A stretch of DNA of 64,000 nt. Source: Caecitellus pseudoparvulus (taxonomy: Eukaryota > Protista > Bigyra: Bicosoecida). Below are positions 21,122 through 32,930 of this stretch, in pieces; within the stretch, counting starts at the first letter, position 1; every line of letters starts with the position of its first letter. Below the pieces are notes generated by a model that was not told the DNA's origin, searched no databases, and saw only the letters and a list, made by a program, of their open reading frames with translations. The stretch is taken from positions 496,001 through 560,000 of the forward strand of contig CBFFRQ010000066.1 in the NCBI GenBank assembly GCA_965644315.1, read 5' to 3'. The position numbers were made by a program, and so were the translations under genes.

Positions 21122-23237
21122 TGGCCGCACCGCTGCCGCCACGGCCGCCGTGCCGTCCTTCGTTGACTGCAGCAGCCGCTGCAGTGGCGCAGCATCGCGC
21201 CCGTTGCACAAGGACGGGTCCAGGACAGCCAATGCGTGCGCAGCAGCCGAGCCGGCGAGACGAGTGGCCTCAGGAGTCACAGCAGCGGACAGATCTGCGG
21301 GCGACACCGGCCCCAGCACCCCCCGCACCAGGCGCACCCACTGCTCAGGACTGTCCAGGACCTCTGGCCAGCGGTCCGGCGCCGACAGAACCTCAGGGGT
21401 GCCGCCACGAGGCAGGCGAGCAGGGACTGCGTCGTGCAGGCGCGTGCGAGGGCCGGCACCCCGCCCCCTCAAACCTGTCACTGCCGCCGCCTCCCCCGCT
21501 GAGCCCCACAGCAGCTGACACGACGGGCACTGCACGAACGTGCGCTGGTGTGGTTGAGGCTGGGCCCGTGCGCCTGCGTGCCGGGCAGGGCAGGCAGCCT
21601 CAGTGTCTGCCAAGGCGCTCTGCACGCACTGCTCTGGCAGGGGAGACAGGGACGGGGGCGGCGAACTGGATCGTTCCTCTACCTGCTGGTGCAGAGCGGA
21701 GGGGGGTTCCTGCGTGCTGCCCAGCAGGCCATCCGAGCGCAAGGCTGAGCGGGCTGTCTGCGTGGCTTGGCGTTGGCAGGCTGCGGCAGCCTTGTGAAGC
21801 GTTGTGGGCGTCGTGACCAAGTTTACCGTGTACAGGCCAGCGGCGAAGCCAGACTGAAAGGCATGGCGCGCCACGCTGCTGACATAAGCCTGGGCCCTCC
21901 CCGAACAGGCCTGCATGCTCGTCTGGGTGTCCCTGCCGTGCACTGCGGGTGTGGAGGCGGTGGAGGCCCCACGCCTCAACTGGTGCGCCAGCAGATGGGA
22001 ACTGGCCGTCACCTGGCTCTGCAGACTGGCGGCCTCCCTGCGCGCAGCCTTCAGCTGGCCCTGGCAGGCCTCAAGGGCGGAGCGCAAGGAGGCGTTCTCA
22101 GCTTCAAGGTGGGCCTTCGTCACCTGACTGCGCACCCACCCACCCCCCTCTGCTGCCTCTTCCGTCCACCGCCAACCGTCACCGCCAACGCTCAGGGCTG
22201 CTGCGGCAGCATCCCCTGCCCAATCTCCAGCTTCTGTCGGCCCTCGTGCAGGACCACGCCCCATCTCTGTCGTTTTCTGCTCAAGGAACTGCATGAGGTC
22301 GGCGCCCATGCCAGGCCACTTACGCAGCAGTTTCCGCAGCTCTCGCCGGAAACCCTGCCCATCGTGAAGCTGGGGGTGCCCGGCAGAGGCGGCAGGCGCT
22401 GCAGGCGGACCTGACACCTGTGCGAAGTGCAGGCGCTGCGCCGGTGCGTCGGGGGCCCGCCCGAGGCTGCCAGTTGAGCGCCTCCGGCTGCCAGGCGAAG
22501 CAGGCGTTGTGCGAGAACCGCCAGAGCCATGGCTGGCAGTGTCTCCTCCCGCCCTGCCCAGGGCTGGTGCAGAGCTGAAGAGGGGAGGGGACATGTTGAG
22601 GTGCGGGGAGGGGTCGTCACGCAGGCCGCGGCGGCGTTTGGTGCCGCCCAGGTGGGCGTGCGAGGGAGCTGCGGCGCCGCTCCGTGCCCCTTGGGCGGCT
22701 CCACCATCGCCGCGGGCCCCAGCAGCCACAGCAGAGGCATTGCGAGTCAGCGCCTGCACGGGGTCCTCTGTGTGCTGCAGGTGCCGACCAGCAGTCTCGA
22801 TGAATGAAGAGTGCTGCGGAGGGAAGAGGGGCAAGGGGGTGGTGTCTGCAGCCTTCAAATGGAGCCAGGCGCGGAACTCCCGTACCGACTTGGCGACGAG
22901 CAGGCGGAAGATGTCACCCCCCAAATTCTGGTACAGAAACGCCAGTAGGTCCTTGGGCTTGTGGCGCTTTTCGTCGTGCACTTTGCAGGCCTGTGGAGTG
23001 CAGTGAGGGCCCACGTGCGCCGGGGCCGTGTCAGCGTTTCACCGCGCGCCTCACCGTCTCCAGCACTCGGCGCTTCTTGCTGCAGCTGGTGGCGTGGGAG
23101 TAGTTCCTGACCACCTTGAAGAAAGCACTTAGCGACAGAGCAAAGTCCCCCCCTCCAATGGTGGCCACGTGGTCCTTGAGCCACTTGCCAGACGGCACTG
23201 TCTCCCTCGCCTTGCTCTCGCCTTCGCCTTGAGCCAT
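21095..23237 (-). CDS. Hypothetical coiled-coil protein, at least 2 exons
   Basis: 639-codon ORF plus an upstream exon starting MAQGEGESK; central coiled coil (HLEAENASLRSALEACQGQL). Boundaries uncertain. Confidence 0.5.
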
Positions 23238-24092
23238 GGTGCTTCCGGCGTTGGAGCCCGGCTCGCACACACACGCCACTGCTGCGCAGCGTGCATGCCG
23301 TAGGTGGCAGCCGTCAGCGCGCAGAGGGTCCTGTGGCAGCCGGCGCGTCCCCAGCGCGAGCACTTCGTTGTGCTGCAGTGGCTCGCCAACTCAAGCAACA
23401 CTGACCCCCCCTCCAACCCACGCTGAGGGGGGGTCGACGCCCACCACAACCACTTTGGCGTGTTGGCGGTGCAGTCGGCACACGGGCCGCAACACCCGGC
23501 CCCTGACAAACCAAACTCACACATGTACACCCTGCAATCCTCAGCCTGTGTAGCCTGTTAAGGTCGTTTCACATCAACCACCTCTTCACCATGGCAGACG
23601 CAGCAGCAGCAGCAACCGGCGCAGGCACCGCTGCGGCGCCAGCCGCAGGCACAGCAGGCTCTGCTGCCGCACCCTCCGGCAGCCAGGCAGAGGCAAACAG
23701 GAAGCTGGCATTGGATTTGGCTGCAGTAAGTTGCTTGTGCGCTTCTTGTACCAGCGCATGATGTTGCTCGGCCTGCAGCAACCTTGCAAGCTTGCGGAAA
23801 CGCGACGGACAGGCAAAGGAAAGCACTCGTCTCGCTCGCCCCCTCCCCACCCGCGCACAGTTGCCAGAGGGCCTGTTCCGAACCGTCGTGTTGTTCCTGT
23901 AGGCAGCCCTCTTCGAAGCCATGGAGCGCGCGCTGCATGTGGCTGGCGGAGCTTGGGTTGTGTTGCTTGCTGTCGAGGCAAGTGCAGACACTGACACTGG
24001 CGCAAGGCGTGTTGCAGTAGAGCTGCTCTGCTGCGCAAGTCTGCGTCCAGAATGCACCCCTTGACGACCCCTACACCTTGCTGTCACTACTT

Positions 24093-24713
24093 TCACTTGC
24101 CTGCCTGCGCCTCCTCAGCCGGCACTGGTGCCTGCCTAACCTCAGCTTGCGATGCTCTCAACGCGAGCGCCAGCAAGCGCTCTTCCTCCGCAGCCAACTG
24201 CGCCGCATCCCGGCCACCCAGCGTTTGCCCTGCACCCCATGCCTGGTGGGGCTGGGGTGCCACGTGGTCCCTCGGCGCCCCACGCGGCATGCGGTCTGCG
24301 CCGCCCCCTCGGATCTGCCTGTCGAGAGCATCGGCTGTGAGGTCCCCGGCCAGGCGCTGACCGCCTTCGTTGAAAACGCTGTAACTGGATAGCTCGCCTT
24401 CTTCGCCTTCACCAGCTGTGCGGGTGTTGTAGAAGATGGCGCCCAGCAGCCCAAGCATGAAGAGAATGGGCCAGAAGTCCCCCGCTAGAAACATGAGAAG
24501 CAGCCACGCTGCACACAGCGCACCTCCACGCCAGGACACCCATGAGGCCACCAGTGACATCGCGATCTCCCAGCATGTCCGAGAGTCGGTGTCCCCCGCA
24601 TCGAGGGCTGGTGGCGGTGAAGGCGGGGCAGGTGTTGGCGGGCGACGTCCGAGGGGTTGGCGGCGCCGGACAATCTCCCCGTTCACGATCAGGGGGCCCT
24701 TGTGTTGAGGCAT
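24093..24713 (-). CDS. SAYSD1: SAYSvFN-domain membrane protein
   Basis: Hydrophobic hairpin followed by GELSSYSVFNEGGQRLAGDLTADALDRQIR; UIM-like EEERLLALALRAS. Confidence 0.85.
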   Translation of the reverse strand: MPQHKGPLIVNGEIVRRRQPLGRRPPTPAPPSPPPALDAGDTDSRTCWEIAMSLVASWVSWRGGALCAAWLLLMFLAGDFWPILFMLGLLGAIFYNTRTAGEGEEGELSSYSVFNEGGQRLAGDLTADALDRQIRGGGADRMPRGAPRDHVAPQPHQAWGAGQTLGGRDAAQLAAEEERLLALALRASQAEVRQAPVPAEEAQAGK

Positions 24714-24967
24714 GGCTAAACTCTGTGCAGACACTGTAGCTGCGCCTTGTGCTCCTGGCGCAGGCACGGAAGGCAGCCGCGGTCAACGCCAGCCCAAGCA
24801 ATTTCCGCAGAGTTGCCACCCCCACCGCGCTCGCTGCAGCTCAGAAACTGGTAGATGTGGGGTCTGAAACAGGGGCTCATGCAGAAAACTTGCATTGGAA
24901 CCGTTGATGCGAAAGTGTGAAGCGCTTCTGGCTGTGCAGGGGGCCGGCACCGTGCGTGGCTGGTCCA

Positions 24968-25976
24968 TCACAGCTTGGGCTCCATGGACAGCGGCTGCGC
25001 CGTGGTGCCCCCGTCCACTGTGAGCACGGTGCCCGTCACCCACGCGCCGGCACGAGACGCAAGGTACAGTGCAGCTCCACCCATGTCTTCTGCCGTGCCC
25101 AGGCGGCCCATGGGAATGCCCTTGCTCACAACTTCCTCAGGCACGTACGTGAGCAGTTGGTTGGACATACGGCTCGGCACGAAGCCTCTGCAAAAGCACA
25201 GGCGCCGCGTGCATGGGGCACAGTCAAGGCCGTGCTGTGTGCGCGGCTGCGTGGCACTCACGGGGCAATGGCGTTCACTGTGATGGCGTGGCCGCCGTCG
25301 GCTCGCCGGTCAGCCAGCTCCCCAGCCAGCTTCTTCGTCAGCATGTGCACGGCAGCCTTGCTGGCGTCGTATGCATAGGTTGGTACAGGCTGTGGCATGA
25401 GCCCTGCGATGGAGCCGATGTTGATGACGCGGCCGGGGTCAGCCTCAGCCGACCCCGCGTCAAGCAAGGGCAGGCAGGCGCGTGTCAGCGAGAAAATGGA
25501 CTTGACGTTCAAGTTCCACAGCTTATCCCACGCCTGGTCAGGGTAGCTCTCCATGGGTTCGCCCCATGACGCCCCAGAGTTGTTGACGAGGACGTGCAAG
25601 GCGTCGCCGCGGGAGGACAGCTCTTTGGCCAGCGCCAGGCAGCCTTGCTCCGAGTCCAAGTTGGCCTCCAGCGGCACACACTCGCCGGGCCCCTGAGCGG
25701 ACAGCTCCTGTGCCTTGCGCTCGCATGACTTCAGCGATCTAGATGCGATGTACACTTTCGCATCGTTCTCAACAAACGCCTGCAGCAAAGGACGGCGTGT
25801 GGTGGTGGTTCAATTTCCGCCACCCCCTCGTGCACACCACGCCACGCCAAGACCTCGCTACGCACCTTCGCGATCATCGCACCGATGCCACGACCACCGC
25901 CAGTGACTAGGACTGTCTTGCCTGCCACTGAGAACAGCTTGTCAGCAGCCATCTTCGCTGCGCTGGTCGCCGCCAT
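24968..25976 (-). CDS. Classical short-chain dehydrogenase/reductase (FabG/RhlG-like), multi-exon
   Basis: VTGGGRGIG, LVNNSG, INIGS, YDASK, VNAIAP and GTVLTVDGG. Confidence 0.92.
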
Positions 25977-26414
25977 AGTGAGCGTGCTGCTGGGCTGGAG
26001 TGTGGCTTCGTTCGCGAGTTGTGCGACCGCAGCGTGGCAGGGAATGGAACGGACCGCAAGAGAACGGGTATGGAGTTGTGCATGTGCAAACTGGCAATCT
26101 TTCAGGGTCGTATTTTGGGCCTTTGTGTGCTTCTGCGAGCCTGCATACAAAAATCCACAAGCTGTCCGTGCGTCCGGCCGTTGGCCCGTTATGTGTTTGG
26201 ATCCGAACTCGTATGACACCCTCCACTTCGCATTGTCTGCTAGCAAACACGTGTAGAAAAGCGGGACGCCATGGTCAATGCCCTTAGGTGAATTAAAAGT
26301 GCAAAATATGCTCACAGCACTGCAACAAATCCCACTCTGCTTGTGCGAAATGCAGGCCTTGTGCCTGCATCCATGTGCCATGCCAGAGCACGATAGAAGC
26401 CCAAGATGTAGGCT

Positions 26415-28856
26415 TCAGGAAGACTCCTTCAAGTCATGGACGGTGGGTATTTTCGGAAGAGGCGTCTCCGCGGGTAGTGGCGAAGCGACGCAGTTCTGAG
26501 GGTCACCGCCATTGTTGCCGCAGGCAGGTGTGTTGGCTGGCGCCGTCAAGTCAACAGCTTCAGAGTGTGCGAAGGCGGTCTCCGGGACAGGCAGCTGCAG
26601 ATGCCATGATGGAGACAAGTGCTCCCACGTGTGCGGCATCGAGTCCGATGCAGGGGGCAGCTCCATGTTCTGTTGGAGACTTGCCGCTTCCCCTTTCGGA
26701 TCTGCTTGTCCGGGCCCCTCACTGACGCCGCTTGGGGTGCTTTGTCCAGGGCCTGCGTCTTGTGAAAGAGCCAAGGCTTGCTGGAGACTGGCGTGGGCTG
26801 CAGCCTGCTTCGTCTCTTGTGGTGCGGTCGGTGATCGCTGCAGTGCCATGTAGCTTGGCGGTGCCGAGCAGCCAGGGATGACTGGAACGACAACGCCTGC
26901 AGCCATCAAAACCTGAACGGCGTCTTGCAGCATCTGTCTACCGTACGGAAGGCTTTCAATTTGATCAGCATTCACCCGCACGGCGTCAGCCAGAAGCACT
27001 TGACAAGGCAGTGGGCACACTTGCAAGGCCTTCTGCAAGACGTAGTTTCCGTAGCGGTCGATGAGCAACCTTCGAATGGGGCTCTTTCGCACGATGCCGG
27101 GGTGTACGAGCCAAAATCCTGACACGTATGCGTAGTGCCCTTGCGCAGCTGGCCTGGCGTGCTTCGATGCTGTGTCAATGCTGCTCACAGTGCCTGGCGG
27201 GGGTGGCAGCCCCATGAGTTCGGCCACTAGTTCCAGCGCCAGATCTAGCGGGGCTGCTTCAAAGAGTCTCTCGAGCACGTTGCTGGCGTACTTGTGCTGA
27301 GCAACCTGCACAATGCGGCCCCGGAGCGCTGCAGCGATACTCTTGGCTCGCACGAGGACCATGCGTTGCAGGACGAAGTTGCCGTACGGATTTGTGGCGA
27401 GCGCGAGAGACTGCGCAAGCAAGTCCTCATAAATGACTTTCTCCAGCCATTCCTCAGGCATCACTTCCAACGCTCGCTGCAACACACGGCATCCGTACGG
27501 ATGCACCGCCAAAGGGACTGCAGAGTTCTCAAGAAACTCCAGCACGGTCGGCGGAATGAGGCCGCGGTTCGAGCACTGTGTGTTGAGAGAGCGGCTTCGT
27601 GTGGCGTGCATGGCATGAAACACCGCGTGGCATGGCTTTCTCGGAGACTCACGGTGCTGAGCATTTTCTGGACAACGTTGTGGGCGCACTGGTGCTGCAC
27701 GAATGCAGGCATGCTTGACACGACACTCTGCACGAGCTTGGACCAGGCGGCATCGGCAGCGACATCAAGAGCCTTCTGCACGACTCTGTGGCCGTACACG
27801 TTTGTGGAGAGGGCCAGCAAGTGTTTCGAGACTGTGTCAACCGCCGACGCTGCGTGCCACTCGACCGGCCCAGACAACAAGCACTGCACCGTGTAGTTGC
27901 CGCACGCATGCTTTGCACAGCCGAGAAAGTCATCCAGTAGGACTTTTGCGATGAACTCTTGTTCGTTTGCGTCTGCAGGGTGCGCGTACCGGAACTGAAC
28001 GAAGCGAGAGCCCACCGGGTCCTTCGCAAGCTCCAGCGTCACCTCCACCGCATCAGTCAAGCACCAGCCAACAGAGAAGAATGCCGCATCGCTAGTGGGC
28101 ACCCGCTTCATGTTTGTCTGGGAGGGGGGGTGCGGGGGTGATGCAGGAGCCGCAACTCGGTCTGCCGTGGCTTGGCAGACTCACCTGGTGCTTGTGCGTT
28201 GGAGCGCTGCTTGTGCGCCGAGCAAACGCTGTCAGCGCAGCTCGCAAGGCAGCAACGGCTGTCGTGTGATCCACGCCCCGCGGAAGCCCCGGATGGAAGG
28301 GAAGCCCGCCAGGGAATGGCAGCGGCATCGGAGCGGCAGGAGGCACTGCTGGGAAGGGGGGTGGCAACCCACCTGGAGCGAGTTGCATCTGCCCCATCAT
28401 TTGAGCCATGGCATACATCAATGTGGGGTCTGGAAGTGGCAGGGCCGCCTGTGCCTGGGCACCCGGTGCGCTTTGGGACCAGCTTGGCCAGGCGGCGGCG
28501 GTGGCGTCTGAGGGATGAGCAACTGCGGCATGAACCGGAGCAGCCCCCCACAAAGGTTGCACATGGGCCATCACAGATTCGCCTCCAACAGGGCCGGGGT
28601 ATGCTCCCTCAGTTCTACCGGGGTGCATGGTGCTGGGGAAGGAAATGGACGGCAGCCTGGCCAGAGCTTCCCTGCGCAAGTGCATGGGGTGCGGTCGGTG
28701 ACGAGCCCATTGCAGCAAAAGGGTTGGTGCTACCACTGGAGTTCCAGTGGTTGCTGCTTGCTGCGGTGCGCACAAGCCGTGATTGAGCGAGCTGGGCCCG
28801 ACAGCTTGTGGAAGCGGTGGTGCGGGAAGCAGTCGGCGCAGGCCACCTTGGCACAC
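26415..28856 (-). CDS. Pumilio/PUF RNA-binding protein, multi-exon
   Basis: PUF repeats DPVGSRFVQ, HACGNYTVQ, NVYGHRVVQ, HPYGCRVLQ, NPYGNFVLQ, HKYASNVLE and DRYGNYVLQ. 5' boundary approximate. Confidence 0.88.
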
Positions 28857-29414
28857 GAGCAGAGACCCTCACGAGCAGACATAGACACAGAGAATGTGGA
28901 TACGCACCTCTTCAACACGTTGCTGTCTCGTTGCTGCGCAACCTGCAACGGAACGTCGCTCACTGACCAGCGCAACTTCCGCAGCAACGCAACTGGTGTG
29001 AGGGACTGTGTCGCTGCTTGAAAGCTCTCAAACCTGCCTCCACGCGCGATGCAACCGACCAGAATGCAACCTGGAGCGCTTCAGTTCTATGCAGATTGCC
29101 TTATTTGCTTGTGGGGGAGAGCTGTCAGGACTGCGCTGGCAGTGTGAAGGCTGTGCCTTGGGCTTACTGGCAACGCAGCTTGTGCAGCAGGCGGGCGGTG
29201 CACTCCCCCCTTCCAGCCAAACTCCTCACACTCTACCACTCCACCCAGACCGTGGCGGCCGCGCTGAGGCCTGCCTTCTCACCTCAGGCATTACCCTGCT
29301 TTCTGTTCGCCCTGCATCCTGCCTGCAGTTGAGGAAGGGGTTGCTCGCGCCTCAGCGACGAACGTTTGAGCACGACAGCGACCAGCCGCAGCAAGCGCGC
29401 AGCCTTTGTTTGCG

Positions 29415-31734
29415 ATGTTTTGGTCGTCAAGTCTTCTCACCACCCGTGGGCCACTCGGGAAGGTGTGGCTTGCCGCCCAATGGGGTGACAAGCGCCTCAG
29501 CCGGGTGCGTGTGCGCCGGTGCGGAAGTTGCTCAGCATCCGCTTGAATGTTGCCCGTTGAGGACCTTTGCAGGCCCAATGCGCGGCGGCTGACATTGACC
29601 AAGCTGTCGAGGACATTATCAAGCCACAGCAGCCCCTTGCACTGCGCACGAGCGGAACCCTGCTGCTCGGCTGTGCGCGCATTTACGAGCTGAAGCTCGC
29701 GCTGCTGTACACGGAGTGCACGGCGGCCATGAAGCGGCTGCAGGTATGTGCTGTGCGCCCCCATCTCCACACAATATGAACAGGATGCACCGTGCAGCTC
29801 GCGGTGCTGAGCGCACCCACGTAGCCCGCCGTTGTGCCATGACAGCAGCAACAGCTACTTTGCTTCCGCCGCACCTGCGCAGACTTCAAGCCGCAAGGCC
29901 GCTGTGGACCTGCCTGCAGCGGCAAGGAAGGGCACACAGAAGCAACTGAACCGGAAAGCTCAGACGCACGCCTTCGGCATGGACGACGACGACGAGTCTG
30001 TAGTGCTGGGGGACATGGGTGCCCTGTGAGTTTCGTGGCGTTTCATGCATTCAAACGGCAGACAGCGGCGAGGCGTCTGCTCACACCTGCCGCAACCTGC
30101 GGGCACTCACAGGGATGACGTCCTGGACGATGATTTCACCTTGATCAAGGGCACTCTGAATCAGGCACCTCTGGGGGACATTTCCCTGCGTGCAGGTGAC
30201 CACACTGGTGAGTGACAGCGGTGCTGCGGGCAAGTTCACACGGCGCACCTCACCCTGCCTCACGCTCGGAGCAGACCTCCCTGAGGAAGGAGTGGATGCG
30301 GACGACCTCTTCGACGAGTTGCAGCCTGCCCCTGAAGCTTTGCGGGCTGCCGGGACGCCCGCGTCTGCTGCGGCATCCTCTGCGCAAGTGGATGACATTG
30401 ACGTCCTGGACACTGGCCTTGGTGACGTTGCATCGCTGGCGAGTGGGGCCAGTGGTGCAGCGGGCATGGGGCGTCGCAGCAGTGCGGCAGCGGACGCTGC
30501 CCTGGCTGCAGGCAGGGCATCCCTTGCTCCTGGAGCTCGTGAGAGCCTGGGCGGCATGGCTGAGGACGACTTCCAGCTGGGAGACTTGGGCGATGGCTTG
30601 GGGGACATGGACTTGACTGGCATGGGTGGCGACGCAGAGGAGGACTTGTTGGTGGGAGGCAGCGGCGCGATGCTGGCGGAGGCGACCTCTGACACGGAGG
30701 ATGGCGTCTCCGACCTCATCGTCGAGAGCGAGACCGAGAGCCAAGCTGAGGCGGCCGCCGCAGCCAGGGCAAAGGCCGCCGCAACTCGAGCCTTGCGCCG
30801 CCGGAAGGCTGCAGGCGCAGTCAGGGACTCAGTCCTGCAAGTGCCCTCTCGCACGCTGAAGGAGTGGATTGGAAGCACGGAGCGCCACTGCCTGCCTCGG
30901 CCCTTAGGCAGGCGCCGCACACGCCTGGCTCGCCTGCACGCTGGTGCCGACGCTGCTGCAGCAGTGACGAGCGAGGAAGGTTTTGCAAGGATGCTGCAGC
31001 TCCCCTTGGGCATGCGCTACGACGACCTGGCACCGCAGCTCGCAGCCTTCTTCAAAGCCCATGCCAGCGACAACCTGCCGTACCCTCGCCGTCCGGAAGT
31101 GGAGCTGCAGAACGAGATTCGGGCTGCTCTGGGCTTGCCTGCCATGGGGGTGGACGCGGCAGGTGAAGGCGAGGGCGCAGTCGCCCCGGCTGACGAGGAC
31201 GACCTCGGCATGGGTGGCTTTGACGACGAGGACTTCCCTGCGCCCATGTCCCCAGGCGCACTGCCAGACCTGGATGAGAGCACAGGCAAGGACGGGGCTG
31301 GTCGTCCCTCCCTGCTGGATGCAGCTCTGGGCGGTGCTGATGGCGCCAGCGTCGCGCCGTCTGTGGCCAGCAGTGCCGCGGCGGGTCTGGCAGCCGAGCC
31401 GTCCCCACTGCCTTCCTCTGCTGCCTCTCCGCAAGCACACGAGGAGGCCCAGGGCCACGTGTCGACCCGCAAGTGGCACGCCCGCACGAAGCGCATGGCC
31501 AAGGTGCTTGCGAGCGCCATGGAGGCTGCGGGGGCCTCAGGGGACCGCGCGGAGGTGTCCTTTTCCGGCCTCAGCGTCGGCAGCACCAAGCGCACTGCTG
31601 CCTCTGCCTTCTATGAAGTGCTGGCCCTGGCCACGTGGGACGTCGTGCAAGTGCGCCAAGACCTGCCGTACGCGGACATCACTGTTGGCAAGACCGATGC
31701 CTTTGATGCCACCGTCGCCGCTCTGCACGAGTGA
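29415..31734 (+). CDS. RAD21: Cohesin kleisin Rad21/Rec8, multi-exon
   Basis: Exon 1, read directly from the DNA, is MFWSSSLLTTRGPLGKVWLAAQW; exon 2 has LALRTSGTLLLGCARIY; C-terminal winged helix KRTAASAFYEVLAL...QDLPYADI. Confidence 0.9.
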
Positions 31735-32930
31735 GGGGCAGTTGCTGCCGTCCCGTACATCCCCCTTCCACCACTTGAGTTGCGTGGGCATTTGATGGCG
31801 GCAGGCCGCTTTGAGAATCCACTTTGCGTTCAACAGCGCTTTGCATTTGTGCAGTTCAGGGGCTTGCCACCCCCACTTTGCTGAGCTGCGGAAGGGGCGC
31901 ACACCTGCTCGGCGAAGAGCGGTCTCTGCCCGAGTCTCACGGACCTGGGCATGCGTGCAGCCTTGCTTGCGCTATGTCTGCCCTTTGTGGCGGCGCTTCC
32001 GTTGGAGTGCGTGGCTTTGCAGGCACGGCTGCACGAAACGCAGCATTGAAACTCCCTCTCCTCCTCTCAGGCTGTATGACGTTGAGCGTATAGCCGTGGA
32101 GGCACACTTTCAAGGCTTCGATCCAACGAGCTACACAGCAGCCAGGGGTGCGTGCTCTTCAGCACGAGTGCGGCCCAGCGCCGGCCTCTTGCATTTGCCA
32201 GTCTTGTCTCGCAGGGCCGCTGGCGTGCAAGCAGTTGCTGCAGCACAGATGCAGCGCGCAGGGGGAGCGTGCAGTGCCGCGTGTGTGCCAAGCTATCCCA
32301 GAAGGGACAGCTCTTCCTCACCAAAAGCCAGGGCGCCTCGCATTGAATGACAGGGACGCGGTGAATCGAACCTTCCTCTTCCTCTCCTGCCAGGTTCCGG
32401 AGCATCCTGGCGAGGTGCCGGAAGCGACGTCTGTGTGCCACAACAGCGATGCGCAAGCACCTTTTCTGTGCCTGGAGCAGAGCCAGGCGCTGTTTGCAGC
32501 GCGCTTCCACTGCACCTGTTGGGAACGGCTGGACTGGACGGGGTTATCTCGAGCACCTCACTCCGTGCCATCCATCTCCCAGGCCTTTCCCCTAGACAAG
32601 CAGTACCCAACCACACCACGGGACTATGGGACAGTGTACGGTGCACAGTTTCCTCCTCCATGACAGCGAAGCGGTACACCCTCGTGGATCCCCCTCGCCG
32701 CTGCCGTGTGCTGGACGAGCACAGCACCAGCCCCCCTGAACACGCTGCTAGGTGAGACACTCACAGATGCGGGCCCCACAAATACACACACACCCTCTAC
32801 ACACTTCCAGGGGCTTGGCGAGGGGCCCGCTCCTCGGAAGCTGCAGCAGACCACGCCGTGCACCAACACGTGGATCCTGCCGGCGTTTCGCCTGCAAGGT
32901 CCGCTCCGCCGTGCTTGCACATTTGCCACC

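Noticed and set aside
32067-32760. Possible small minus-strand gene between RAD21 and glucosidase II
   Set aside because: Partly protein-like, but no consistent exon model or recognisable domain.
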